A stretch of DNA of 26,076 nucleotides from assembly GCA_046758505.1 (NCBI GenBank), contig JBHIAH010000033.1:1-26076 (forward strand). Direction: 5' to 3'. Shown here piece by piece: positions 15,716-26,076 of the stretch. Position numbers and translations under genes: made by a program. Position 1 is the first letter of the stretch; the number at the start of each line of letters is the position of its first letter. The notes under the pieces were generated by a model that was not told the DNA's origin, searched no databases, and saw only the letters and a list, made by a program, of their open reading frames with translations. Source of the stretch: Candidatus Methylomirabilales bacterium (GTDB taxonomy: Bacteria > Methylomirabilota > Methylomirabilia > Methylomirabilales > CSP1-5).

Positions 15716-17442
15716 GGACGGCGGCTTTTTCTGAGGGTGGGTTGACGGTGGTTTCGCAGCCGAAAAGGGGAATCGCCCGGGGCGAAGCTGGATGGCTCCG
15801 ATGGGCGGTGCCGGGTCTCTTGGTGCTCGTGGGCGCCCTGCTCCTGGTGTATCGACTGGGGCAGCTTGCCTTGTGGGAGTCGGATGAGGCCCGCTTTGCG
15901 CTGAAGGCCCTCATGATGCGGGAGACGGGGAACTGGCTGGTGCCGATCCGGAAAGGGCAGCCGTGGCTCAACAAGCCCCCCCTTCAGATGTGGCTCATCA
16001 ATCTGGTCGCCCTGGTGGGAGGAGGCATTACCGAACTGACGGCCCGGATCCCCTCGGCGGCGGCGGCCCTCGGGACGGTCCTGGTCACGTACTGGTGGGG
16101 CCGCCGGCTTGGAGGGATCCTCTTTGGCGGTCTCGCAGGGTTCGTCCTCCTGACGAGTGGCCACTATGTGATCATGGGGCGGTATAACCTGCCGGATCAG
16201 GTCATGGTCTTCTTCGTGACCCTGGCCCTTGTGGCGTTTTATGCGGGATATCATCGGTGGGGTGGAGCGTCCGCCTGGTATGTGATGTATGCCGCCATAG
16301 GCGTCGCCACCCTGGCCAAGGGGCCGGTTGGAATATTGCTTCCCGCGCTTGTGATCCTCGCCTATCTGGTGATCCGGAGGGACCTCGGTGCCCTGCGCCG
16401 GATGCGATGTCCGTCGGGGCTGCTCGTGTCGGCGACAATTATTCTTCCGTGGTATCTGGCGGTTTCGCTCGGATACGGGCAGTCGGTTCACCCCGCCCTA
16501 GCCGGGGAGATCCTCAAGGCGTTGCTGGCTCCGCGGGGCCATGCCGAGCCCTGGTACTTTTACCTGTGGACAATTCCCCTGAGCTTCGCCCCCTGGAGCC
16601 TGTTCCTTCCAGGCCTCTACCTGGTATGGCGGTGGTGCCGGGAAGAGGGGAAGCCGCTTCCCGATGGATTGCAATTCGCAGCCGTGTGGGCCGTGACGGT
16701 CCTCCTGATCTTTTCCGTGGCCAGGGTAAAACGCAGCTATTACCCTCTCCCCCTCTTTCCCGCGGCGGCCATCCTCGTTGCCTATGTCTGGGACTATCTT
16801 GGGGGATCGGGCCGAGCTGCGGCACCGTGGTTCCGCCGCTATCTCCTCGGGGTCATGGGTGCCCTGCTGGTGGCTGCGCTTTCTCTCACGGTGCTGATCG
16901 GCCTTGACGGTCTCGGATTGAGCAGGCCACTGATTGCGGTGCAGCATCCGGTCGGGGCCGCCCTCTTCCTCATTCCGATCTTTCCGCCTTTGGTCCAATC
17001 CGTGGTCAGCATGCGGCGGGGAGAGTACGCGTGGGCGTTTTCGGTTTTCACGATTGCCTGGATTTGGTTTATCCTGTTTGCCATCCGGTTTCATGCACCG
17101 GCCCGGGACAGGTGGACCGCAAAAAGCATCGGGACGGCCCTGCACCAGATCGTCAGTGACCACCGGGGCGTGTGGGGATACGGGATCTTTAGTGATGGCA
17201 TCTCTTTTTACTTCGGGTACGACATCCCCCCACTCGCTGATCTGCACCAGGTGGATTCCCGACTGACGCAGGGCTCGCCGGTGTATCTGTTGACGGACCG
17301 GAAGCTCGTCTCCAGCGTGCTTGCTCGGTATCCCGGTGTACTGCGTGCCTGTGGGGAGTTTTACTATCGCAAGCGGGATATGGATCTGGTGCTCTTGACC
17401 AATCGAACGTGCCCGGGGCGGCGGTCGGAACCGGGGGCGTGA
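15712..17442 (+). CDS. ArnT/PMT-like GT-C membrane glycosyltransferase, paralogue 2
   Basis: LWESDEARFA, PWLNKPPL, ARIPSA, LAKGPVG, HAEPWYFY, APWS, KRSYYPLPLFP. ATGA overlap with paralogue 1. Confidence 0.9.
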   Translation: MRTAAFSEGGLTVVSQPKRGIARGEAGWLRWAVPGLLVLVGALLLVYRLGQLALWESDEARFALKALMMRETGNWLVPIRKGQPWLNKPPLQMWLINLVALVGGGITELTARIPSAAAALGTVLVTYWWGRRLGGILFGGLAGFVLLTSGHYVIMGRYNLPDQVMVFFVTLALVAFYAGYHRWGGASAWYVMYAAIGVATLAKGPVGILLPALVILAYLVIRRDLGALRRMRCPSGLLVSATIILPWYLAVSLGYGQSVHPALAGEILKALLAPRGHAEPWYFYLWTIPLSFAPWSLFLPGLYLVWRWCREEGKPLPDGLQFAAVWAVTVLLIFSVARVKRSYYPLPLFPAAAILVAYVWDYLGGSGRAAAPWFRRYLLGVMGALLVAALSLTVLIGLDGLGLSRPLIAVQHPVGAALFLIPIFPPLVQSVVSMRRGEYAWAFSVFTIAWIWFILFAIRFHAPARDRWTAKSIGTALHQIVSDHRGVWGYGIFSDGISFYFGYDIPPLADLHQVDSRLTQGSPVYLLTDRKLVSSVLARYPGVLRACGEFYYRKRDMDLVLLTNRTCPGRRSEPGA

Positions 17443-17464
17443 GGGGAGTCGGCTGAGAACCGAG

Positions 17465-18253
17465 ATGTTTGCGTCACCGGGCGCCATCGCAATGCAGGTC
17501 GGACCTCTGGCGATACGCTGGTATGGCCTCCTCATCGCCACGGCCGTATTGCTCGGGACTCTGCTCGCCCAGCGGGAGGCCCGGCGGCGGGGCGAGGACC
17601 CCGAGCAACTCGTCAACGTGGGCGTGATTGCCGTCATTGCCGCCCTGGTCGGGGCGCGACTCTATTATGTCCTCTTTAACTGGGATTATTACGGGGCCTA
17701 TCCCTGGAAGATCGTGGCGATCTGGGAGGGCGGCCTGGCGATTCATGGCGGGTTGTTGGCCGGGGTCTTCGTTGGAGGGATCTGGGCCTGGCGGCGAAAG
17801 CTTCCCACCATCACATATCTGGACATCGTTGCCTCCATCCTCCCGCTTGGGCAGGCCATCGGGCGGTGGGGAAACTTCTTCAATCAGGAAGCCTTTGGGA
17901 CCCCCACCGATCTCCCCTGGAAGCTCTTCATCGATCCGGCCCACCGGCCACCTCATCTGGCCGAGTATACATACTTCCACCCCACGTTTCTGTATGAGTC
18001 GGTGTGGGACCTTGCTGTCTTTGTCGTGCTCTATGGGCTCCTCCGGAAACGGCTGGAGTCTACCCCGGGGGCTTTGTTTCTCAGCTACCTCGGGCTCTAT
18101 TCTTTCGGCCGGTTTTTCGTTGAGGGGCTCAGAATTGATAGCCTCATGTTGGGGCCGTTCCGGGTCGCCCAGGTCGTGAGCGTCCTCCTGATTGTCTGTT
18201 CGGTGGCGGGGCTCTGGAGGTTGCTCCGTCATCAAGGCCGCGGCGCCCCCTAG
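17465..18253 (+). CDS. lgt: Prolipoprotein diacylglyceryl transferase
   Basis: IRWYG, GARLYY, WEGGLAIHGG, GRWGNFFNQE, HPTFLYE, RFFVEGLR. Confidence 0.96.
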   Translation: MFASPGAIAMQVGPLAIRWYGLLIATAVLLGTLLAQREARRRGEDPEQLVNVGVIAVIAALVGARLYYVLFNWDYYGAYPWKIVAIWEGGLAIHGGLLAGVFVGGIWAWRRKLPTITYLDIVASILPLGQAIGRWGNFFNQEAFGTPTDLPWKLFIDPAHRPPHLAEYTYFHPTFLYESVWDLAVFVVLYGLLRKRLESTPGALFLSYLGLYSFGRFFVEGLRIDSLMLGPFRVAQVVSVLLIVCSVAGLWRLLRHQGRGAP

Positions 18254-18286
18254 CCATTTCTGCATCGGTTGAGAATCGATTTGTAG

Positions 18287-18315
18287 TTGACGGCCGAGGG
18301 GTTATCGGCTATTCT
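18287..18315 (+). promoter_or_regulatory. Sigma70-type promoter for the reductase-Kdo/heptose operon
   Basis: TTGACG (18287-18292), 17-bp spacer, TATTCT (18310-18315). Confidence 0.75.
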
Positions 18316-18470
18316 TAAAGATCTTGTTCAGGAAGGGGAGGTCCGAGACGGAGGACCCGGGGAGCGCGTCGAACAGGGAACCCCGAGACGCCCGATACCG
18401 ACGGAAAGGGAGGCGGAGTGAATGGGTTCCCCCGCGTCTTGATGCAGGTTGAAATGGCGGAGGGGCCTCT

Positions 18471-19652
18471 ATGTACGATGTGATCGTGGTGGGGGCGGGA
18501 CCGGCTGGGAGCCAGGCGGCGACATCCCTCGCCCAGCGTGGATATACCGTCCTCGTCCTCGAAGAACATCCCGAGATCGGTATCCCGACGACCTGTTCGG
18601 GACTCATCGGGGCGGAAACCTTCGAGCGGTTCGATCTCCCTCGCGCCTCGGTCATCAGGGGATTTGATTCTGCGACCTTCTTCTCCCCCAACGGAAGCTC
18701 TGCGACGGTCGGCGCCGATCGGGTGATGGCCTATGTGGTCCGTCGATGTGAGTTCGATCAGACCATGGCACAGCGAGCCCTCGCCTCTGGCGCAAGCTAC
18801 CTGCTGGGAGTTCGGTGTGTCGGGCTCCGGCATGCAAGCGATCATGTGGGGGTGACGGCGGTCGAAAGGGGGCCGGAGGGGGAGGAGGCCCCCATGACCC
18901 TGAGGGCGCGGGCTGTCGTCCTGGCCACCGGCATCCGGTATGGCCTGCTCCCAGGTCTCGGGGTAGAGCGCCCCTCCAGGTTTCTCCAGGCGGCGCAGGC
19001 TGAAGTCGGAATGGATGGGGTGGATCGTGTGGAGGTCTATGTGGGGCGGCAGGTGGCCCCCGGGAGCTTTGCATGGGCCATTCCGGCCGGCACGTTGACC
19101 CGGGTGGGGGTCTGTAACGGTGGAGGGGCGCTCCGGCACCTGAGACAGTTCCTTCAGCATCCCTCCATTGCGTCCCGGGTTCGCCGTCCGGCGTCTCACA
19201 TCAAGCGAAAGGCGATTCCCATCGCCAATGTCTCCCGGAGCTTCCTGGACCGGATCTTGTTGGTGGGGGATGCGGCTGGCCAGGTGAAGGTCACGACGGG
19301 GGGTGGCATTTCGTACGGGATCCTCTGTGGCGATGTGGCCGCGGCGGCGTTGGACCGGGGATTCCGCCTCGGGAACCTGAGCGAGCGGATTCTGGGAGAG
19401 TACGAGCGGCGGTGGCGCCAGGAGATCGGCGTTGAGCTTCGGGTAGGATCCTTCTTCCGCCGGGTGGGAGGGATGCTGTCGGATGAGCAGCTTGACCGTC
19501 TCGTCCGCGCCTACCATGAATCGGACCTCCCGGAGCTGGTGAGGCGTTGGGCGGACTTCGAGCGACATCGGAAGTTTATCCTGGCACTCTGTCGCTCGCA
19601 TGTCTTTTTTCAGTTGGTGTGGAATTGTTTCCGCCGGAGATCACCTGCGTAA
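18471..19652 (+). CDS. FAD-dependent oxidoreductase, geranylgeranyl reductase family
   Basis: YDVIVVGAGPAGS, CSGLIG, R.EFDQ..A.RA, APGSFAWAIP (PxxYxWxFP-like), LVGDAAGQVKVTTGGGI. SD GGAGG. Confidence 0.88.
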   Translation: MYDVIVVGAGPAGSQAATSLAQRGYTVLVLEEHPEIGIPTTCSGLIGAETFERFDLPRASVIRGFDSATFFSPNGSSATVGADRVMAYVVRRCEFDQTMAQRALASGASYLLGVRCVGLRHASDHVGVTAVERGPEGEEAPMTLRARAVVLATGIRYGLLPGLGVERPSRFLQAAQAEVGMDGVDRVEVYVGRQVAPGSFAWAIPAGTLTRVGVCNGGGALRHLRQFLQHPSIASRVRRPASHIKRKAIPIANVSRSFLDRILLVGDAAGQVKVTTGGGISYGILCGDVAAAALDRGFRLGNLSERILGEYERRWRQEIGVELRVGSFFRRVGGMLSDEQLDRLVRAYHESDLPELVRRWADFERHRKFILALCRSHVFFQLVWNCFRRRSPA

Positions 19653-19677
19653 GGATTTCCGCGGCGGGGGCTGAGCT

Positions 19678-20688
19678 ATGAGCGACGATCCGACGGCGCG
19701 GCAGGTCCTGTTTCCTTTTCATGAGCTCTTGACCCGATTCCCCCAGAGAAAGGTCCTCGTGCTCGGGGACATCATGGTGGATGAATATATCTGGGGAAGC
19801 GTGTCGCGGGTTTCTCCCGAGGCCCCCGTCCCTATTGTGGAGGTGGAGGGAGAGAATATCCGCCTGGGGGGGGCGGGCAATGTCGTAGCCAACGTCCGGG
19901 CCCTGGGGGGGCAGGCGGATCTGGTTGGCGTGGTGGGCGGCGATGCCATGGCGGAGCGGTTGATCCACGAGATCGAGCAGATTGGGGTGAAGGCGGATGG
20001 CGTCATCCTTGATCGTTCGCGGAAGACAACCGTGAAGACCCGGGTTGTCGCGGGGGGCCAGCATGTGGTAAGGTTCGACCGGGAATGTATGGAGGGGCTG
20101 GGCGATGAAATTCGGGGAGGGATTGAGGAGCTTGTCCGGGATCGGCTGGCGCACGTGGATGCCCTGATCGTCTCCGATTACGGAAAGGGAGTCGTCAACA
20201 GCCGGCTTCTTCAGGAGGTGCTTCCCGTGGCGCGTGCGCGGGGGGTGATCACGGTGGTGGACCCGAAGATTAATCACTTCGGCCTGTACCGTCAGGTCAA
20301 CGTGCTGACGCCCAACCACCGGGAAGCGGCGGCGGCCTGGGGACGTCCGGTCAGGAGCGACACAGAAGTCGTTGCGGCGGGGCGACACCTTGTCGATTCC
20401 CTGAGGGTCCAGGCGGTGCTCATCACGCGCGGCGAAAAGGGGATGGCGCTCTTCGAGGCAGACGGCCATGTTAGTCACATCCCGGCGGTGGCGAAAGAGG
20501 TGTTCGATGTCACGGGGGCGGGGGACACGGTCGTGGGGACCATGGCTCTCGTCCTCGGATCCAAGGCTACCATGGTGGAGGCGGCCCAGATCGCCAACCA
20601 TGCGGCCGGTGTGGTCGTCGGGAAGCGAGGGACCGCAACGGTGAGCATGGCAGAGCTTAAGCGATCCTTGGGGCGTCAGGAGGAATAG
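19678..20688 (+). CDS. rfaE1: D-glycero-beta-D-manno-heptose-7-phosphate kinase (stand-alone HldE domain I, HldA type)
   Basis: GDIMVDEYIWG.V.RVSPEAPVP, LGGAGNV, SDYGKG, VDPK, TPNHRE, DVTGAGDTV, ANHAAGVVVGKRGTA. No adenylyltransferase domain. Confidence 0.93.
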   Translation: MSDDPTARQVLFPFHELLTRFPQRKVLVLGDIMVDEYIWGSVSRVSPEAPVPIVEVEGENIRLGGAGNVVANVRALGGQADLVGVVGGDAMAERLIHEIEQIGVKADGVILDRSRKTTVKTRVVAGGQHVVRFDRECMEGLGDEIRGGIEELVRDRLAHVDALIVSDYGKGVVNSRLLQEVLPVARARGVITVVDPKINHFGLYRQVNVLTPNHREAAAAWGRPVRSDTEVVAAGRHLVDSLRVQAVLITRGEKGMALFEADGHVSHIPAVAKEVFDVTGAGDTVVGTMALVLGSKATMVEAAQIANHAAGVVVGKRGTATVSMAELKRSLGRQEE

Positions 20689-20692
20689 GATC

Positions 20693-23120
<2,428 letters not shown>

Positions 23121-23160
23121 GGGGACGATCGCTTACCGCGACCGGCCTCTCTCGTGAGTC

Positions 23161-23796
23161 ATGAGCACGCTCGCACGCATGAAGCGAAACTATCAGGACC
23201 GCCGGGTGGCAGCCGGGTACGCGGCGGCGCGGTTTCACGATCCGATCGGCCGGCTCCGAAATTTTCTGAAGTTCAGGGCAATCCGGGCCCTGCTGGACGG
23301 GTGTGAACCGTTGGACTGCATCCTCGACATGCCGTGTGGAACGGGGCGGTTTACCGCCCGCTTGCCGGGTCGCTCGACGATCGGGCTCGACGTCTCCCTG
23401 CAGATGTTGCGGGAGGCAGAGCGGGTTGCGCGGGAGAATGTAACTTTTGTCCAGGGAGATGTTGAAGATCTGCCGTTCTCCCCCGGCGCGTTCGATTGTG
23501 TGGTGACCATCCGCTTTCTTCGTCATCTCCCGCGCGCGGAGCGGATCAAGGTCTTCGGGCGACTGGGGGAAGTGACCCGGCGGTGGATCGTTTTCGACTT
23601 TCTGCACCGCTCTTCGTGGAAGGCGCTCGTGGGAAGCATTCGGGCGTCCCTGGGGTTGCGGGTCAAGGCTCGAGAACGACTCTCGGGCGAGGAGGTGGCC
23701 GCAGAACTCCGCGAGGCCGGACTCCGCCCGGTGGCCATGCTCCCCTGCCTGCGATTCTGGTCGGAGAAGTGGGTCGTCCTGGCGGAAAGGGCGTAG
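23161..23796 (+). CDS. Class I SAM-dependent methyltransferase
   Basis: ILDMPCGTGRF (motif I), GLDVS..ML, GDVEDLPF....FDCVV..RFLRHL. Confidence 0.88.
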   Translation: MSTLARMKRNYQDRRVAAGYAAARFHDPIGRLRNFLKFRAIRALLDGCEPLDCILDMPCGTGRFTARLPGRSTIGLDVSLQMLREAERVARENVTFVQGDVEDLPFSPGAFDCVVTIRFLRHLPRAERIKVFGRLGEVTRRWIVFDFLHRSSWKALVGSIRASLGLRVKARERLSGEEVAAELREAGLRPVAMLPCLRFWSEKWVVLAERA

Positions 23797-23798
23797 GG

Positions 23799-24626
23799 AT
23801 GTCGACGCGAGAGGTTTCGGTGGGGCCGGTCCGGATCGGGGGGAGGAACGCGCTGGGGCTCATTGCCGGGCCCTGTGTGATCGAGGGAGAGGAGCCGTTG
23901 CTGGGGGTGGCGGAGCGGCTCCAGGAAATCTGCGGCAGGGTCGAAATGCCCCTCATTCTCAAGTCGTCGTTCGATAAGGCGAACCGAACTTCGCTTCAGT
24001 CGTTCCGGGGGCCCGGGATCGAGCGGGGGCTCGAGGTTTTGCGTCGGGTGAGGGAAAAGACGGGCCTGCCGGTCCTCACCGACGTGCACGAGGTGGGCCA
24101 GGTGGCGCGTGCGGCAGAGGTTGTGGACGTGCTACAGATCCCCGCCTTCCTCTGTCGGCAGACCGACCTCCTCCTGGCCGCGGGACACAGCGGCTGCGCC
24201 GTGAACGTGAAGAAGGGGCAGTTCCTCTCTCCGGAGGAGGTTTGCCGGGTTGCAGAAAAGGTTGTGTCCACCGGGAATCATCGCCTCTTGATCACGGAGC
24301 GGGGGACGTCATTCGGGTATAACAACCTGGTGGTGGATATGCGAGCCTTGCCGATCATGCGGGCCCTGGGGTATCCGGTGGTCTTTGACGCTACGCATAG
24401 TCTCCAGCTTCCCGGCGGAGCCGGCACAGCCTCTGGGGGCCTCAGGGAGTATGTTCCCCATCTCGCCCGTGCGGCGGTGGCGGCAGGGTGTGATGCGGTC
24501 TTCATGGAGGTCCACCCGGATCCGGATCGGGCACCTTCGGATGGGCGCACCATGTGGCCCTTAGGGGAACTCGAATCGCTCCTCCGGGAGCTTCGACGGA
24601 TCGAGGCCGCGCTTGAGGACCGATGA
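23799..24626 (+). CDS. kdsA: KDO-8-phosphate synthase (Cys-containing, probably metal-dependent type)
   Basis: IAGPCVIE, KSSFDKANRTS, IPAFLCRQT, KKGQF, TERG, FDATHS, EVHP.P..A.SDG. ATG 23799 is 2 nt after the methyltransferase stop. Confidence 0.97.
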   Translation: MSTREVSVGPVRIGGRNALGLIAGPCVIEGEEPLLGVAERLQEICGRVEMPLILKSSFDKANRTSLQSFRGPGIERGLEVLRRVREKTGLPVLTDVHEVGQVARAAEVVDVLQIPAFLCRQTDLLLAAGHSGCAVNVKKGQFLSPEEVCRVAEKVVSTGNHRLLITERGTSFGYNNLVVDMRALPIMRALGYPVVFDATHSLQLPGGAGTASGGLREYVPHLARAAVAAGCDAVFMEVHPDPDRAPSDGRTMWPLGELESLLRELRRIEAALEDR

Positions 24627-24638
24627 CCGACGGCAAAG

Positions 24639-24717
24639 AGGGGTTGGGTGTAGGGTGGTGGGTGGTTGGTGAAAACAACTGCCCAGTAACGATCGGCCAC
24701 TCCCTAACACCTAACAC
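24639..24717. repeat. Heptamer-based imperfect inverted repeat between kdsA and the ABC exporter
   Basis: AGGGTTG/GGTGTAG/GGTGGTG/GGTGGTT/GGTG (24639-24670), spacer, then CACTC-CCTAACA/CCTAACA/CC (24697-24717). Confidence 0.7.
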
Positions 24718-24730
24718 CAAAGGGTGAGCC

Positions 24731-26076
24731 GTGAAAGATTTGGTCCGCCTCCTCCAATATGTCCGGCCGTACAGCGGACGGATGGTTGTTGCAATCCTCT
24801 CGACCTTCCTCGTCTCCGCCCTCGGCGCGATCTCGGCCGGGACGATGCAGCCGATCTTTGGCCTCGTCTTTCGTCAGGGGGAGGGCGCGCCGCAGTTGAG
24901 CCTGCCGGGCCCGTTGCGAGACCTGGGACCGGAACTCTTGCGTCGATTGCCGGCATCCGTGGGCTCGAATGCCATTATGCTGCTCTCTCTCGTTGCCCTC
25001 GTTCTCCTTCTGGGGGTGATCGCGCGGGGGATCTTCGCATACCTCCAGGGGTACCTGATGAATTACGTCGCCGAGGGGGTGAAGCGAGATGTGCGGGACG
25101 AACTGTACACCAACCTGCATACCCTTTCCCTCGGGTACTTTGCGCGGACGCCAACCGGGGAGGTGATGTCCCGCCTGACCTTCGATGTCGACTTGTGCGG
25201 GCGGGGTGTGTTCCTGCTTTTTGCCAGCCTCTTGAAGGAACCATTCACCGCAGTCGGCCTGCTGGTCGTCTTGTTCCTCATCAATTGGCCGCTGGCCCTC
25301 ATCGCGCTCCCCTCCATCCCCCTGGTCGTCTACGCGATCGTGAAGTTTGGCACGAAGATGCGGGCACGCGGGACCACCATTCAAGAGCGAAAGGCAGACC
25401 TCAACAGCCTGCTCCAGCAAACGGTGAGCGGTATCCGGATCGTCAAGGCCTTCGCCATGGAGCCGTACGAGCGGCGCCGGTTCGCCCAGAAGAATGCAGG
25501 GCTCTTCCGGGCGGCCATGCGGATTGCCAGGGTCGATGCGCTCTCTGCGCCGGTGATCGAAGTTGTCGGCTTTTCGGGCGTCCTGTTGATGGTTTGGCTG
25601 GGGGGGTACCTGGTGGCCCGGGGGTTCATCCTCCCCGAGGAGTTGATGACGTTTGTGGTGACGCTGGGGCTTTTTTTCCAACCGGTCCGGAAGATCGGGA
25701 AGATGAATAACGGGATCCAACAGGGGATGGCGGGGGTCCGCCGGATTTTTGAACTGATGGATATGGTGCCGGAGGTGCCGGAGGTGGCCGGCGCCCCGGC
25801 CCTCGTGCGGCTGCGGAAGGGAGTGGCGTTTCGAGATGTGTCATTTGCGTACGACGGCAGTCGGGAGGTTTTGAAGAACGTGACGCTTTCCGCCCAGGTG
25901 GGTGAGATCGTGGCCATCGTGGGACCGAGCGGCGCGGGCAAAAGCACCCTGGTCAACCTGATCCCCCGGTTCTATGACCCCACGGCGGGAGGCATCGAGA
26001 TCGATGGCGTGGATATCCGTCACGTCACCCTCAAGTCTCTTCGGGAGCAGATCGGCATGGTGACGCAAGAGATCAT
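24731..26076 (+). CDS. msbA: MsbA-like ABC exporter (TMD+NBD), truncated by the window end; absent from ORF track
   Basis: GTG 24731 reads MKDLVRLLQYVRPYSGRM...LSLGYFARTPTGEVMSRLTFDV...SGIRIVKAF...VAIVGPSGAGKSTLVNLIPRFYDP...LREQIGMVTQE. Lipid A flippase identity is inferred from the Kdo/heptose context. Confidence 0.8.
   Translation, partial: MKDLVRLLQYVRPYSGRMVVAILSTFLVSALGAISAGTMQPIFGLVFRQGEGAPQLSLPGPLRDLGPELLRRLPASVGSNAIMLLSLVALVLLLGVIARGIFAYLQGYLMNYVAEGVKRDVRDELYTNLHTLSLGYFARTPTGEVMSRLTFDVDLCGRGVFLLFASLLKEPFTAVGLLVVLFLINWPLALIALPSIPLVVYAIVKFGTKMRARGTTIQERKADLNSLLQQTVSGIRIVKAFAMEPYERRRFAQKNAGLFRAAMRIARVDALSAPVIEVVGFSGVLLMVWLGGYLVARGFILPEELMTFVVTLGLFFQPVRKIGKMNNGIQQGMAGVRRIFELMDMVPEVPEVAGAPALVRLRKGVAFRDVSFAYDGSREVLKNVTLSAQVGEIVAIVGPSGAGKSTLVNLIPRFYDPTAGGIEIDGVDIRHVTLKSLREQIGMVTQEI

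Noticed and set aside
18316..18470. SAM-I, TPP or glycine riboswitch in the reductase leader
   Set aside because: Required conserved cores are absent.

Overview
GC-rich bacterial chromosomal segment from a diderm, LPS-making organism (Kdo, heptose and MsbA-like genes) that also carries a Pup/UBact-type ligase PafA. That combination points, by inference only, to a Methylomirabilota (NC10)/Nitrospirota-like lineage. Gene order: 3' half of pafA, terminator, pepA (+); then on the minus strand a stand-alone Lrp/AsnC RAM domain, rpiB, an NSS-family Na+ symporter and a REase-like/wHTH/TPR protein; moaD-moaE (+); a 425-bp spacer with four adjacent micro-repeat arrays and a possible ~205-nt rod-shaped RNA; a KaiC/RAD55-like ATPase (+); a UPF0182 membrane protein (-); four small proteins (EF-Tu-domain-II-like barrel, hypothetical, Rho_N-like, and an FmdB zinc ribbon missed by the ORF track); a Nudix hydrolase, two ArnT-like GT-C paralogues and lgt; then a geranylgeranyl-reductase-family gene, heptose kinase, kdsB, pyrG, a SAM methyltransferase, kdsA and a truncated MsbA-like exporter. 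No rRNA, tRNA, CRISPR array or transposase was found. Most notable: (i) degenerate 7/8/9-bp tandem repeats, often as inverted arms, at several gene junctions and once in-frame inside kdsB, each with a different unit sequence; (ii) the candidate structured RNA before the atypical KaiC-like ATPase; (iii) MoaD with a masked di-glycine; (iv) the degenerate-nuclease/wHTH/TPR protein; (v) an ArnT paralogue with altered catalytic aspartates. All calls come from motif reading by eye; no searches or folding programs were run.
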